A DNA stretch of 64,000 bases, taken from assembly GCA_016748015.1 (NCBI GenBank), contig JAAOMT010000233.1:3422-67421 (forward strand), in the 5' to 3' direction. Under the pieces are notes generated by a model. It was given only the letters and a program-made list of their open reading frames with translations, was not told the DNA's origin and made no database searches. The position numbers were made by a program, and so were the translations under genes. Source of the DNA: Geosiphon pyriformis uo1 (Eukaryota; Fungi; Glomeromycota). Within the stretch, counting starts at the first letter, position 1. Every line of letters starts with the position of its first letter. Shown piece by piece: positions 1-12,456 of the stretch.

Positions 1-286
1 TCTTGAAATTCCACCAGGAGCAATGGTTCAAATTGCCTCCAGATCATCATTGGCAAGCAAAGAAATCAATATTAGAGGAGGAGTTATAGATGCAAGATAC
101 ACTGGAGACATTACCATTATGTTACAGAATGAGACAGACAAACCATTCAAAATTGAACATGCTGAAAAAATTGCTCAAGCAATTTACTTACCCTTAATCA
201 ACATTTCGGGTTTACAATCAGTAAACAACAGAGAACAATTGGGAAAAAGTGAAAGAGGAACTCAAGGTTTTGGTTCAACTGGATGA
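1..286 (+). pseudogene. dUTPase domain of Gypsy-1 polyprotein
   Basis: Trimeric dUTPase motifs ASRSSL (II), GVIDARYTGDI (III), IAQ (IV), RGTQGFGSTG (V). Confidence 0.93.
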
Positions 287-719
287 TTTACAGTTCCAGT
301 AAACATAGTTCTTAATACACAAAATGAATCTTACCAGATTTTTCAACTTCCTTAGCCAATTACCATTTCACTTTTTGGAGAACATCACGAAATTTACACT
401 TGCTCAAAACCCACCACTACACAACAAATCTTTGAATCCAATGAACAAATCTGTTTGAAGCATAAAATATCAATTTCAAACGTTTATATTCCCAAAGGAA
501 TGAAAAAATTTTGAGTTACATTCTACAACCCCAATAATTACCCTATTGTTTTATTAAACAAATTAGAAATTGGAATCATACACAGCAATATCTTTCAAGA
601 TGAAAACCCTCAAATTGTCTCTAATTTCATCGAAATTATAAAGCACACTCTACTCCCAAATCCAAATATTATTCTCACTACTGAAAACTACCATTTGTTG
701 GAAGAAAAACTCTTTTGAA

Positions 720-2131
720 TCAATATGGGTCCCTTAGAATCTCAACAACAAAGACAATTGAAACAATTGATAGCTGAATTTGCAGATATATTTGCAAAAG
801 ACAACAATGACTTGGGAAAAACAGACATTGTTCAACATCAGATCCATACAGGAGATGCTCTACCAAAACGTCAACAAGCTTATTGAATGCCACCTGCCAG
901 CCACCAATTTATCAGAGAAGAGGTCCAAAAAATGCTCAATAACGGATTGATTCAACCATCAAGAAGTTCTTGGGCCTCACCAGTAGTTTTGGTTAAAAAG
1001 AAAAACGGAAAAATTAGATTCTGTGTTGATTATAGACAACTGAATAGTATTACAATTGGAGATGCCTACCCTCTTCCAAAAATTGATGACATACTAGATG
1101 CTCTGGGAAAAGCCAAGTTTTTTTCAACTTTAGACCTGGAAAGTGGATACTGGCAAGTCGAAATGGACCCAAAAGATAGACCCAAAACAGCATTCACCAC
1201 TCAAGAAGGAAATTATGAGTTTAATGTTATGTCTTTTGGACTCTGCAATGCACCAGCAACATTTCAGCGACTCATGGATGTTGTCTATAAAGGGCTCTTG
1301 TGGCAATCAATAGTTGTTTATCTTGATGATACTGATGTATACTCACCAAGCTTTGAAGCCCATATTATTCACTTGTGAAAAGTTTTTCAACAATTACGGA
1401 AAGCAGGATTAAAGTTAAATATTGAGAAATGTCACTTTGGAAAAACAAGTTTGATCTTTCTTGGACACATAGTTAGTAAAGATGGAATCAAACCAAATCC
1501 AGGAACAATCAATGCTGTCAAAAACTTTCAAACCCCCAGAAATACTACAGAACTAAGAGGATTTGTGGGATTAGTCTCTTACTATCGAAAATTCATAAAA
1601 GGATTCTCAGAAATTGCCAAACCACTCAATTATCTTACCAACAAAAACGTACCATACAAATAGACTGAAGAACAACAAAAAGCTTTTGAAATTCTCAAAA
1701 CAAAATTGACAACAGCCCCAGTTCTTGCTTACTCAGACTTCAACAAACGATTCCAATTAGCCACTGATGCCTCACATATAGCATTTGGTGCCATCTTATC
1801 ACAATTAGATGAAAATGGCCAAGAACAAGTTATTGCCTATGCCAGCAAAACACTCAAGCCAACAGAACTCAAATATGGCTCAACTGAATTAGAAGCTGCT
1901 GCAGTTATTTGGGCTCTTAAACATTTTCAACAATATCTGAAAAATGGAAAGGAATTTGACATAATAACAAACAACATTGGCCTCAAATGGCTCAATAAAA
2001 AGAAAACTGAACAAAGTGCCAAACAGTCTTAATGGAATGATTTTCTAGCAGACTACAGATATATTGTACACCACAAACCAGGAAAACTACATACCAATGT
2101 TAATAGCCTCTCAAGAATGAGACAAGATTAA
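720..2131 (+). pseudogene. Reverse transcriptase + RNase H of Gypsy-1 (premature stops)
   Basis: SPVVLVKKK, RFCVDYR.LN, LDLESGYWQ, FGLCNAPATFQ, YLDD; RNase H TDAS...ELEAAAV; ends NSLSRMRQD* at 2131. Confidence 0.95.
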
Positions 2132-2188
2132 TACCAACAACAATTCCACTACAACTTACCAACTTACCAACAAAATAACCAAACAAAA

Positions 2189-3556
2189 ATGGATCCCAGA
2201 AACTACAGCAATCTTAAAAATTATTTGGAGACTCTTACCATGCCAGAAAACTGGTTTCCAAGTGAAAAACACCACTTACAACACCAATCAAAACAATATT
2301 TCATACACCAGAACAAAATTTATTATAAAAATCACAGAAAACCAAACCAGCCACTCAGATTAATACAAGAGAATGAAAAAGAAACAATTTTATACAACAT
2401 GCACACAGATCCGTCTTCAGCATACTTGGGAAAAAAGAGAACAATTCAAAGAACCCTTGAACATTATTTTTGGCCTCACATGTAAAAAGACATTTGACAA
2501 TATATAGAATCTTGTGATAATTGCCAAAGAAGAGGAGGAACTCGCTCCACAGAACCTTTAAATCCAATCAAAGTTGGACAACTGTTTGACAGAGTTGGAA
2601 TTGATTTAGTCAGACCATTACCTATCACAACCCAAGGAAATCATTATATTGCAGTTGCAGTAGATTATCTTACCAAATGGCCTGAAGCTAAAGCCATCCA
2701 AAGAACAGATGCAAAATCAGTAGCAAAATTTATCTATGAAGACATTATCTGTAGACATGAATGTCCGATTGAACTCTTATCTGATCAAGGAACACATTTT
2801 GTGAACAACTTGATACAAGAAATTTGTGAACGGTTTAATGTCAAAAGACCTCTATCATTACCTTATCACCTTCAAACAAATGGACTTGTAGAACATTTCA
2901 ACAGAACATTGTGTGAATCTTTAGCCAAAGTCTCAACAGACTTTGAACAGGAATGGGATATCTTTATTCCATCAGTGTTACTAGCATACAGAACACTAAA
3001 ACAAAATACTATGAAACACACACCATTTGATCTTACCTATGGAAGGACAGCAACATTACCAATTAATTTCACAGTGGAAACATACCCAGTGCAACCAATC
3101 AATGAAGAAAACTTTCAAGAGACACTCCAAAGAAGAGCCTACACTCTTTTTAGTACACTGAAAGAAAAAAGAAGAATAGCAGCAGCTCATATTGAACATT
3201 CCCAAGCTCAACAAAAAGAAAGACATGACAACAAATTACCATCTATTACCAACGAATTTAAAGTTAGAAATAAAGTTTTTTTACACAGAACTAAGGCTGA
3301 AAAACAATAGAGTGGGAAATTTGAAAACAAATGAGATGGACCATTTTATATTCACGAAATCCTAGGCAATGGATCATATAAGTTAAGACTTGATGACAAA
3401 ATATTAGCAAAAGTTGCACATGGAGACAGACTGAAACACTATCATTCCAGAAACAATCCTGAACCATTAATTCCACAAATTGGTACACATTCCCCTTTAA
3501 TTAATCCTGAAGATATTCCCCGAAATTTAGAACCAATAATTATAATAGAACAATAA
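2189..3556 (+). pseudogene. Integrase of Gypsy-1 (zinc finger, DDE core, GPF/Y; no chromodomain)
   Basis: YFWP...CDNCQ, GIDLV, LSDQGTHF, TNGLVEHFNRTL, GPFYIHEILGNGSYKL; stop at 3554-3556. Confidence 0.92.
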
Positions 3557-3588
3557 CCAAACTTGAACACTTAAATTTTACAATAATT

Positions 3589-3849
3589 NNNNNNNNNNNN
3601 NNNNNNNNNNNNNNNNNNNNNNNNNNNNNNNNNNNNNNNNNNNNNNNNNNNNNNNNNNNNNNNNNNNNNNNNNNNNNNNNNNNNNNNNNNNNNNNNNNNN
3701 NNNNNNNNNNNNNNNNNNNNNNNNNNNNNNNNNNNNNNNNNNNNNNNNNNNNNNNNNNNNNNNNNNNNNNNNNNNNNNNNNNNNNNNNNNNNNNNNNNNN
3801 NNNNNNNNNNNNNNNNNNNNNNNNNNNNNNNNNNNNNNNNNNNNNNNNN
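3589..3849. other. Assembly gap (N run)
   Basis: 261 N characters. Confidence 0.99.
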
Positions 3850-4387
3850 ATTTACAGAACTATCACCCCTATAGAAGAGAAACAAGAAGTCACTCTGAGA
3901 ATAGATTACCAAGACTTTTGAAGCAGGCACTAGAAGAAAATCTGCTAATTGCCCCTATTGACATTCCACCAAATGCTACAATGCAACAAAAACTACTACT
4001 ACTTCTTAATAAACAGAACAATGAATACACCCCTATCTATAGATACTTTCAAATTGGAAAAACACTTTATGAACGAAAACTGGAACTTGAAACAACAAAT
4101 CTCACTCTTGAAGTTATACAAAAACAAATCTACAATGAATTCAAAACAGCAGCTGGACCAACAAACACTTGCTACAAACTTAGAGCAGCTTTTAGACTCT
4201 ATGATTTGTTTAATACTTGTGAAAATGTTCTACAAAATCCAATACTGCAATCAATGAAAGTCTAATACATTGGCAAACTCACAGAACTGAAATTTCAACA
4301 ATTTTCAGACCAGATTACTTCAATCATTTTAGATTACTATCTCAATATTACAGATAGTGCTTGGACTTTGACAGAGCTCAGTCTTAA
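3850..4387 (+). pseudogene. ORF3 of Gypsy-1, unknown conserved accessory protein (N-terminus lost in gap)
   Basis: YRYFQIGKTL...AFRLYDLF...IGKLT..KF...LDFDRAQS*, homologous to ORF3 of Gypsy-2 and Gypsy-3. Confidence 0.75.
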
Positions 4388-4398
4388 GAAGAAGATTA
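4385..4398 (+). promoter_or_regulatory. Polypurine tract of Gypsy-1
   Basis: taagaagaagatta immediately before the LTR. Confidence 0.7.
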
Positions 4399-5415
4399 TA
4401 TTACCAGCAGAATTTTAGCTATTAATTAGCATGAAATTACTCTTATAATTCCTATAATTAATTAGTATATTAATATCATTTCAAATTATCATTTATTATT
4501 TAATCAATTATCACATATCACGATTCAATTAAAATAATCTAATTAGTATAACAGAAAGTAAGATGATCAAATTACACAATACCCTGAACTTTGTAACATT
4601 CAAAAATTCGCCGAAATTTACAGAAATTCGCCGAAATTTATAAGAAATTCGCCAAAATTTACAGAAATTCGCCGAAATTATGAATAGTTCACCCAAATTA
4701 ATCAATAGTTCAGCAAAATAACTTGTAGTTCATCAAAATGTATCTTTAGTTTGCCGGAATTTGGGCAAAGAGAAAAAGTGCAAGTTTATAAACTAGTACT
4801 ACAACAAGTTGTATAAAAGAAGAGCTTTTCTCTTCTGAAAAATGTATCTTACTTTAGATTTATCTCTTAAAGACTGTTCTTATACACAGAAAAAGAAATA
4901 AAATATCAAATAATTTGAAAAACCAAATTCTTTAATTATTGTACTTGGAAAAACCCCCAAAAACCCAACTAACATTTCGAAATTGATTAGCTACCAATTT
5001 CAGTAAACTGTTAGTGACTCCAGGCCTGGATGGAAAACGTTTCTCTTGACAGAATTCTATTTTTTTTACATTTTTTTTATTTTTTTCTTTTCTCTTCTTT
5101 TTATAATCATTAAGGTAGTCTACAGACAAGATTTCTGTAGAAGAGTTGACTTTCACAGCAAAGTAACTATACATTTTAGTGAGCTTCCAGACGAGCAATT
5201 CCTGGGAAAGAGTTGACGTTTACTACAACGTAACTACATAAAGTAACTGGCAAGGAATTGGCCATTCCACTTATAAGCCCAGCAGTTCAAATTATAGAAG
5301 ATAATTTGAAGATAAATTCAGTTATTGGAGGTTCAACTACTTCCTAAAAACGTGAATTCACAGCAAATCAACATTACCAACATTTAAGAAAAAAGACCAA
5401 AAACCTCCGGTAACA
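4399..5415 (+). repeat. 3' LTR of Gypsy-1 (~1017 bp)
   Basis: T(A)TTACCAG...CCGGTAACA termini; reverse-complement homologue at 25373-26358; TATA (gtataaaag) near 4811. Confidence 0.92.
4601..4680 (+). repeat. U3 tandem repeat, about 4 x 20-21 bp (GAAATTCGCCGAAATTTACA)
   Basis: Direct reading; more degenerate units continue to ~4760. Confidence 0.85.
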
Positions 5416-8400
5416 CCACCTAAACCAGAGAAAAAATGACACAATTTGCACCTACCAAATCTAACAGTAAAAAATTTTATAACCTCAAGCATACAAACAA
5501 CTCCAACCAACAACATAAAAACTAAACAGTGAAACAAGCCTAAAACCACACTATTATCTTTAATCAAGCCAGTCTTTTCTATATTTATTCTATGTTTGGC
5601 TCTAACAGTTTATATCTTGACACAGTACAACTCCACCACAAATCTATTGAACTTCACAAAAGTAAGAACAGCTTTTCTCTTCTCTTCAAAAACCAAAACA
5701 GCTTTAGCATACCAATCTCTCAACACAAAGTTCTTACAAATAGCTGTGTACAGACCCACATCTGAAAAATACATAGAAAGTGACTGCAAAATGGCAGAAG
5801 CAGATAAGCACAAAATACTAAATAACAATGTCCATTTACTAGCAGCTTTAACCAAAATGTTTTCATGAAATCCAAAGTCACCAAAACAAGTAAAAACATG
5901 GTCAGACAACTCTATCTCATCACACAACAAGCACAACATTCTAGGATAACTTCTGTTATACAATCTCTTCTTAACTGCTACTAGTAGTCATCTATAAATA
6001 GTTTTTATTAAATATGTGCACAAATTGGCTGACTTTCTACCAGTAAATCCAAAAAACATGTGTGAATCAGAATGTCAAATCTCTGTGGTAGTTTTCTACT
6101 TAATTTTATTAACTATAGTACCAAGAATTATATCAAAACCAGGACTAGCTTTTCAATAGGCATGGCAAATTAATTGGTACAAATCACAAACAAAGTAACA
6201 AACATTGCCAGACATAGCAGTTTTCTCAGCAACCAAATACCTCTTCTAAATTCTAGCCAGCAGAGAAAAGGGCAAGAACATGATTTCAATAGCCAATGTA
6301 TTAGCCCTAATATTGCCAGGTATACCAAAATGTCTTTTAACCTTTACTCACTTAATAAAAATGTTTTTATCTCTAAGAAGATTGATTATCTGCAATCTTT
6401 CAATCCAACATTGGTTGTGAAAATTGGGCATAATAAAAGAAGTCTTAGACATACAGACATTGATTGCAGATTGGCTATCCAAGTACAGAACTACAGAGCA
6501 TGAAGATGAAATGCACTTCAAAGCCAAAGCAACAGTCTGCAATTCAGTCAAAGTAGAAGACATAAGTCCAGCTACTCTAATTCTAATACCTGCATTCACA
6601 GCTGGAAAGTAAGCAGCTGTTCTACCTGTCACTTCATTGAACCCAGCATCTTTTAAGAACCTATTTGTATAAATCTCAATGTAATCAGATCATAATTCTA
6701 GTAAACTATTATGAACATCAGAAAACTTTCCAGAATTCAAAACATTAAGCACATCTTTTCCAAAAACAGCAGCAGTTCCAACTTCCAATGAAACAGAATT
6801 ATGTATAAACTTAGATACCAACATGAACCAGTGAAGCACAGAACCTCTTAAATCCAACTGCTTCCAATGTTAAAACATTTTCCAATCTATCACATTCTCT
6901 TTTTTGTCTATAAGCCTGTTACTAAATGTGATATTAAACTGCTTCAATGATAGAACAGATTTATAATACAAGAACTAATCCAAAATAACAAATATCAGAA
7001 AATTGCCAAATGCATAAAAGGCATTAGGCAGATTGTTTACCAAAGACAATTCATTATTCATTAAAATTTTCACCACCTCAGCCAAGAAATTGTTTACAGG
7101 ACTAACACACAACCTGACAGAAAATTGTAAAGAATTTAGAAAGACCATCTCAGAACTTGCAAATTCAAAAATTTATGATCAAATAAATATTCAAGAATAT
7201 TATGGCTATTAAAGAATAAAATCAGTGAAGCCAGCTTTCTCTCAGACTGCACTTGTTCAAAGAGTTTCAAATCATATAAAGATGAATGATGTAAAACCTT
7301 CTTGGGAAAATCACATGGTAAATCAGTCTTGGCTTTAAGACCTTTCCTAATCATTGTATTTCACTTATAATACATATCTGAAGAACCAAATTAAACTGTA
7401 TGCAAAAGCTAACAATAGACTACAAGACAGCCAAAACCAAGTAACAAAATTGTTTATTTGTAATAGTCTTCCTCAACACTACATTAGTAAAAAATCTGAC
7501 ATTTTTATGAGCTTAAGCCAAACTGGATTTAAAGAGACCCTTAGTTGATAAGAAGATACCCAGATATTGGTGTAACTCATTTTTTTTAGCAATCAAAATT
7601 GGTAAACCATTGATCAATAGCAAAGCATTCTTAATACCTTGATTGATAAGAATAGCTACCATCTTATTATTATTAATTGAAATGTCATTGACCTCAAAAA
7701 ACTTACTAGCAATATTTAAAATATACTGTGTAGAAGCCTAACAGCTCTCGACCCAAATCATATCATCTACAAAGGCACCAGCAGCCAAAAAAGAAGTTTT
7801 TCCTTCAACTGTCTCAATCTTGCCAAACTTTGCCACAAACCTAGTATCTATTCTATATCCACACAAGTGCTCATGTCTCTTTATCTCACACAAAAGCAGA
7901 TCATAAAAAATCTTCCAAAGAAATAGAAAAAAGATTTTCTTTTAATCCAACTTATTATGTATTCTATAACTTTCTAAGAGCCCAAAGTCAGTTATCACTC
8001 TGTTAACTCTATTCTCATAAATGTTGCCAAAAAACTGGATGAACTGCTTACATATTTTGATGCAATGCAAGCTTGCTCTTAAGTGATATCAGCCTACCAA
8101 ATTATAAGCTTTACATATGTTTTGCAGTACCAACCAAAGTTCTTTATTTTTTTTTAGAGCATTCTCAACAATAGATTTAATTGCAAAAATAGAAGACTGA
8201 ATAGAAGTACTCTTCAACACCAAAAAATTATTACCACAAAGAACATTAAATTTACTACAAGCCAAAAATATCTGATTGAAAAAAATCTTAAATAAAATTT
8301 TACATGCAGTATTGACTAAAGCAATAAGCTTAATATTTGTTAAAACACTATTCTATTTATAAGGTTTTGGGATTATTGAAATCCATGCTTTCTTCTAGAC

Positions 8401-8918
8401 AGCTGAAACTGTGCCCAAACTTAAACACAAATTTAGCAGCTTCAAAAAACAGACCAATATTTTCTTACCACAATGTTTTCAAAGTTTATTAGATATCTCA
8501 GACAACCTAACTGCTTTATTATTTGGCAAGCCATTAATAACCAAAAACAATTTCACTATACCAATTTCCTTTATTACACCAGAGAAAACAATATCATCTA
8601 TATAATCCAGAGGCATATATTGTTAAGACCAAAGATCAGGCATTTTTGGAAGTACTGAATGCTTTTTTGTCCACCTTTCCATAATTTTATCAATCTTAAG
8701 CTTAATCTCATTAGGTTCAACTACCAATTTATAATTTATTACCAAGTGATCTAGAACCACTTTGCAAAACAGATGTTTCAGAATGCTTTTTATCATCTGC
8801 TCTTTGTCAAAACAGAAATTTTCTATATAATAGTCAACTGCCTTTTTAATGGCTGTATCTTCAACAATCTTAGACTTATAATACTTAGATTTCCTGTATC
8901 TTTTCTTTACTACCGACA
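5416..8918 (-). mobile_element. LINE L1, 5'-truncated ORF2 remnant (RT-RNase H-C-terminal CCHC-type finger)
   Basis: AAGAFVDDMIWV near 7760; RNase H SSTLTELQTV...YLDSQSA; CLLCDEIELSDHVFTC; sharp boundary at ~8918. Confidence 0.9.
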
Positions 8919-10103
8919 TTTTTTTTCTTTTTAATTAAAAAAAATTATTACTTTAAAAAATACTTTAAAGTCAAATTAATTAATTTTTTTTTTGGCTGTA
9001 TAGTTTTTGAAATTAATAATTTGATTTTTTAAGTTAATAATTAAACATGTTTTATTTTTTGTTTTTCTAATTTTTATTATTATTAATAATTTGTTATAAT
9101 TTTTAAATCTTTGAAAATTTTAAATTATGTTGTTTTAAAAATTGGTATTTTGCATAAAAATAGTATTTAATAAAAAACTTTTAAATGTTATTACTGTTAT
9201 AAATATTAAAATTTAGATTATTTGACCATAAATTATAAAATATTTTTTTTTAAGTTTTTGTTTATATAAATAATACCAAATTATATATTAAAGTTTTTAT
9301 ATAATTAATTTTATTATTATTATATTTTTGGCTACTTTTATTGTTGTTTTTATTAATTCTATAATTGGTTTTAAATTAGATTTTTTGGAATCTTAAATTT
9401 TTAATTTAATTATATTGATTAAGTTTATTATTAAACTAATTGGTTTTTTAATTATTTTAATTATTTTTTTTTGGTTTTAGATGATTAAAAACATTTTAAA
9501 TTAAAAACTAATATAATTATAATAGTTAGTTTTACTTTTAGTTTTGTTAAATTTTTGTTTAATCTGTATAATAACTTTGTTTTTATTAAAACTAAATTGA
9601 ATTTTGGTTAATTTAATAATATTATAATAGATATTAGTAATATATTTTTTAAGTAAATCAATTTTTAAATATATAATATTTATAACAAATAAGTTTGAAG
9701 TTTTTTCTTAAGCATGAATTTATTATTTTTTGGTGTTTTATAATTGCTCTCTTTATGTATATTTAATGATATTATTTATATTGTTTTATACAAAAATATT
9801 ATATTTAAAAAATAGTATTTAGAAACTTGGTTCATTTTTGGCTGTTCTTAAATTATTAATAAAAAAATTGTTGATTTTATATATGACTTGAGCATAATTT
9901 ATTATAAGAAAATATGGTTAGTGTAATCTAAATATAAGGCAGTTTTAAAGAAAAATTGTTTGGTTTTTTATAATAGTTTTGTATTTTTAGTAATATATAG
10001 TTTAATGTTTTTGTTTTTTGATAATATTGTTAAGTTGCTTGAAATTGTAAAAACACATGATATTAGTTTTGGCATGTACAAGTTTTGTGCTTTTTTTTAA
10101 TAT

Positions 10104-10780
10104 TATTATGGATTGGAGTAACAAGCTAACAGATAGCAAAGAAAAACAAAATTGTAAGATGATAGAAATAATCAAAAAAAAATTACAATAAGGAAGTAAA
10201 TTAAATAAGTAAAAATTCAATATATATGATCAGTTTTATAAAAATCACAGTCACAAATCTTTTCTGGAAATCTGAAGGTAGAAGAATAGTCTATAATTGT
10301 TAATAAAATAACACTACTGCTATTATTCTATGCCTCAATTCAACAATTTTTAAAATCAATAACAGGTATTATTTGTGCTTTTTAATTATTTTTTTATTCA
10401 ATGAATGACAAGAACAAATAATTGCTTCTTAGACTAATTTTAACAATACAAATCAAGAAGAGAAAAAGATAATATATGTGAATGCCAACAAGTAATCTTT
10501 TATTTCAAGATGTTCAGATACTTGAAGATAGGAAAAAAAAAATAAGCAATATAAAAGAAAATAATTGATAATGGGTTTTATTTCATTATTTTGATTATGT
10601 CTTTCTATAGCTAAGAGACTTATCATTTATATAGCTATTGAAAGTGATCAATGACTAAGTCAATAGTCAGATTAATAATTAAGTTAATAATTACTATTTA
10701 AAAATAGAGTGGCTAATTATATAACATTAGTGATTAATACATGTGATAACTAATAAAAAGTATGGATTTCAACTATAACA
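10104..10780. mobile_element. Solo LTR (TGTTATGG...CCATAACA type termini), TSD ATAT
   Basis: tattatgg...ctataaca flanked by ATAT (10100-10103, 10781-10784); LINE sequence is continuous across it. Confidence 0.65.
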
Positions 10781-10873
10781 ATATTAGTTGTAATTTTTTA
10801 TTAAAATAAATCTGTAGTATTGCTTTAATTAACTTAAGTGGCTGGTTACATATAAAAAGTACATGATTTATGT

Positions 10874-11728
10874 TGTTACAAGTGTTTATTTAAAGTATTT
10901 AAATAATTAACAAACCCTGTAATTTGGTGCTTAATAGCTAAATAAGATAGTAATTTCTAAAGATTTTAAAGTTTAAAGAATTTGGTTAAGTTTTTTGTAT
11001 AATAAACAGAAATTCAATTAATGTTTTTTTTCAATTTTTGTCTTTAGTGTAATGACCAGTTTATTTTGGCAGTTGTGCTCTTCTGGTAAGCTATTTTTAA
11101 GTTTTTTTATCTTTGTTTTATGAGTCTTTTACCAAGGTATTCTTAACATTAATTACTTGGTGCTTAATTTTTTAATTAATTAATAAACAAAAAATAAAAC
11201 AAAATAAAATAAAATAAAATAAAAAAAGAAATTAAAAATTAGTATTCTGTCAATAGCCATAATTAAAAGCTATTGGTTTAATGTGATTAAATATTAAATT
11301 CTATTAACATAAATTTTTGATAATACATAAGTGATTAATATTTTTTAATTAAATAATGACAATATAAATTGAATGATAATAAATATTTTTATTAATATGA
11401 ATATAATTTTACTTTAAGTTATAAAAAACTATTTTTTGAAGAAAAAAATATTTGCTAACTATTAATTAGTTATTACTGTTCTGTTTTTTCTGTTTCTAAT
11501 ACTTTTACTATATATATATAATTTATGTTATATGAAATCCTTTACATTTTTACTTTTTTTTATACTACTTTTTGAAAATGTACTTATTTTTTGAAAATAT
11601 ACACATTCCTGAAAATATGTTATGATTTTTTGAAAATATGCTCACTTATTAAATACTATTCTCTTATTAATCTATTTTATAATTTGTTTTTCCTATTTTT
11701 TTCTGGTATTTTTTTTCTATGAGTAATA
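10874..11728 (-). mobile_element. Solo LTR related to Gypsy-2 LTR, TSD ATGT
   Basis: tgttacaag...gagtaata; shares the caatagc..gctattg block with Gypsy-2 LTR; ATGT on both sides. Confidence 0.85.
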
Positions 11729-12456
11729 ATGTTTAGTTTAGATTACTTAATTACATGTATTATGCTATTAAATATAATAATAATAAAATAAGTTTTTTGA
11801 TATTAAAAGTAGTTTTAAAAAACTTAAATTGTTTTTAAGTAATTTTATTTTTAATAGTTATAATTCAAATAGTTTTATTAATAAATTAGATAAATTGAAT
11901 TTATTTTTGATTTATTTTTGATTTAATTTAATTTAGTTTAGTTTTAACTGACTTGAATAATTAGTTATATATATAAAATATATAAACTGTAATTATTTTA
12001 AAAATTTTGTATTTTATGTTATATTTAATAATTAAATTATATTTTATTATAAAAAAAACATAAAAAAACAAATATTTAAATTTAAACCTAAAACATATAA
12101 CATAATTTTTAAAAATACCAAATATATATATTAATAATAATTATCAAATTTTTAATCTTAATAAATAACAAATTATTAATTTTAATTAATTTGTTTTTTT
12201 TTGTATTTTGCTTTTAATTTGATATTTAATAAATAATTTTTTTTTGTATTAAATAATTATACTTTAACAAAATTTAATTAGTAATTTTAAAGTTATTAAA
12301 AACTTATTAAACTAGTTTTTAAATACAAATTTTTAATATTTATACAAATAAATTATTATTTTTTATAATATATAAAACTTAAAATATCAACAATAAATTA
12401 ATTACAATATTAATAAATAATTTTTATTAATTTTAATACTTATACAATAATTTATG

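Larger units (their letters stand above)
1..5415 (+). mobile_element. Ty3/Gypsy LTR retrotransposon 'Gypsy-1' (5' part outside window), inserted into the 3' end of LINE L1
   Basis: Domain order dUTPase-RT-RH-IN-ORF3, then PPT and a 3' LTR ending CCGGTAACA at 5415; LINE coding sequence resumes at 5416. Confidence 0.93.
9700..11770 (+). mobile_element. LINE L2, heavily decayed 3' end interrupted by two solo LTRs
   Basis: 9830-10100 matches the ORF2 C-terminus of the other LINEs (IWLV..KYKA...KLLEIV..HDISFG); 3'UTR motif resumes at 10785-10873 and 11733-11770. Confidence 0.65.

Noticed and set aside
3571-3930. 119-aa ORF on the minus strand
   Set aside because: Artefact spanning the N gap
4601-4760. 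CRISPR-like short repeats
   Set aside because: Head-to-tail units without unique spacers, inside an LTR, with no cas genes
4932-5198. Repeated small ORF (also 25569-25859)
   Set aside because: Antisense frame of the same LTR family; the similarity is explained by LTR homology
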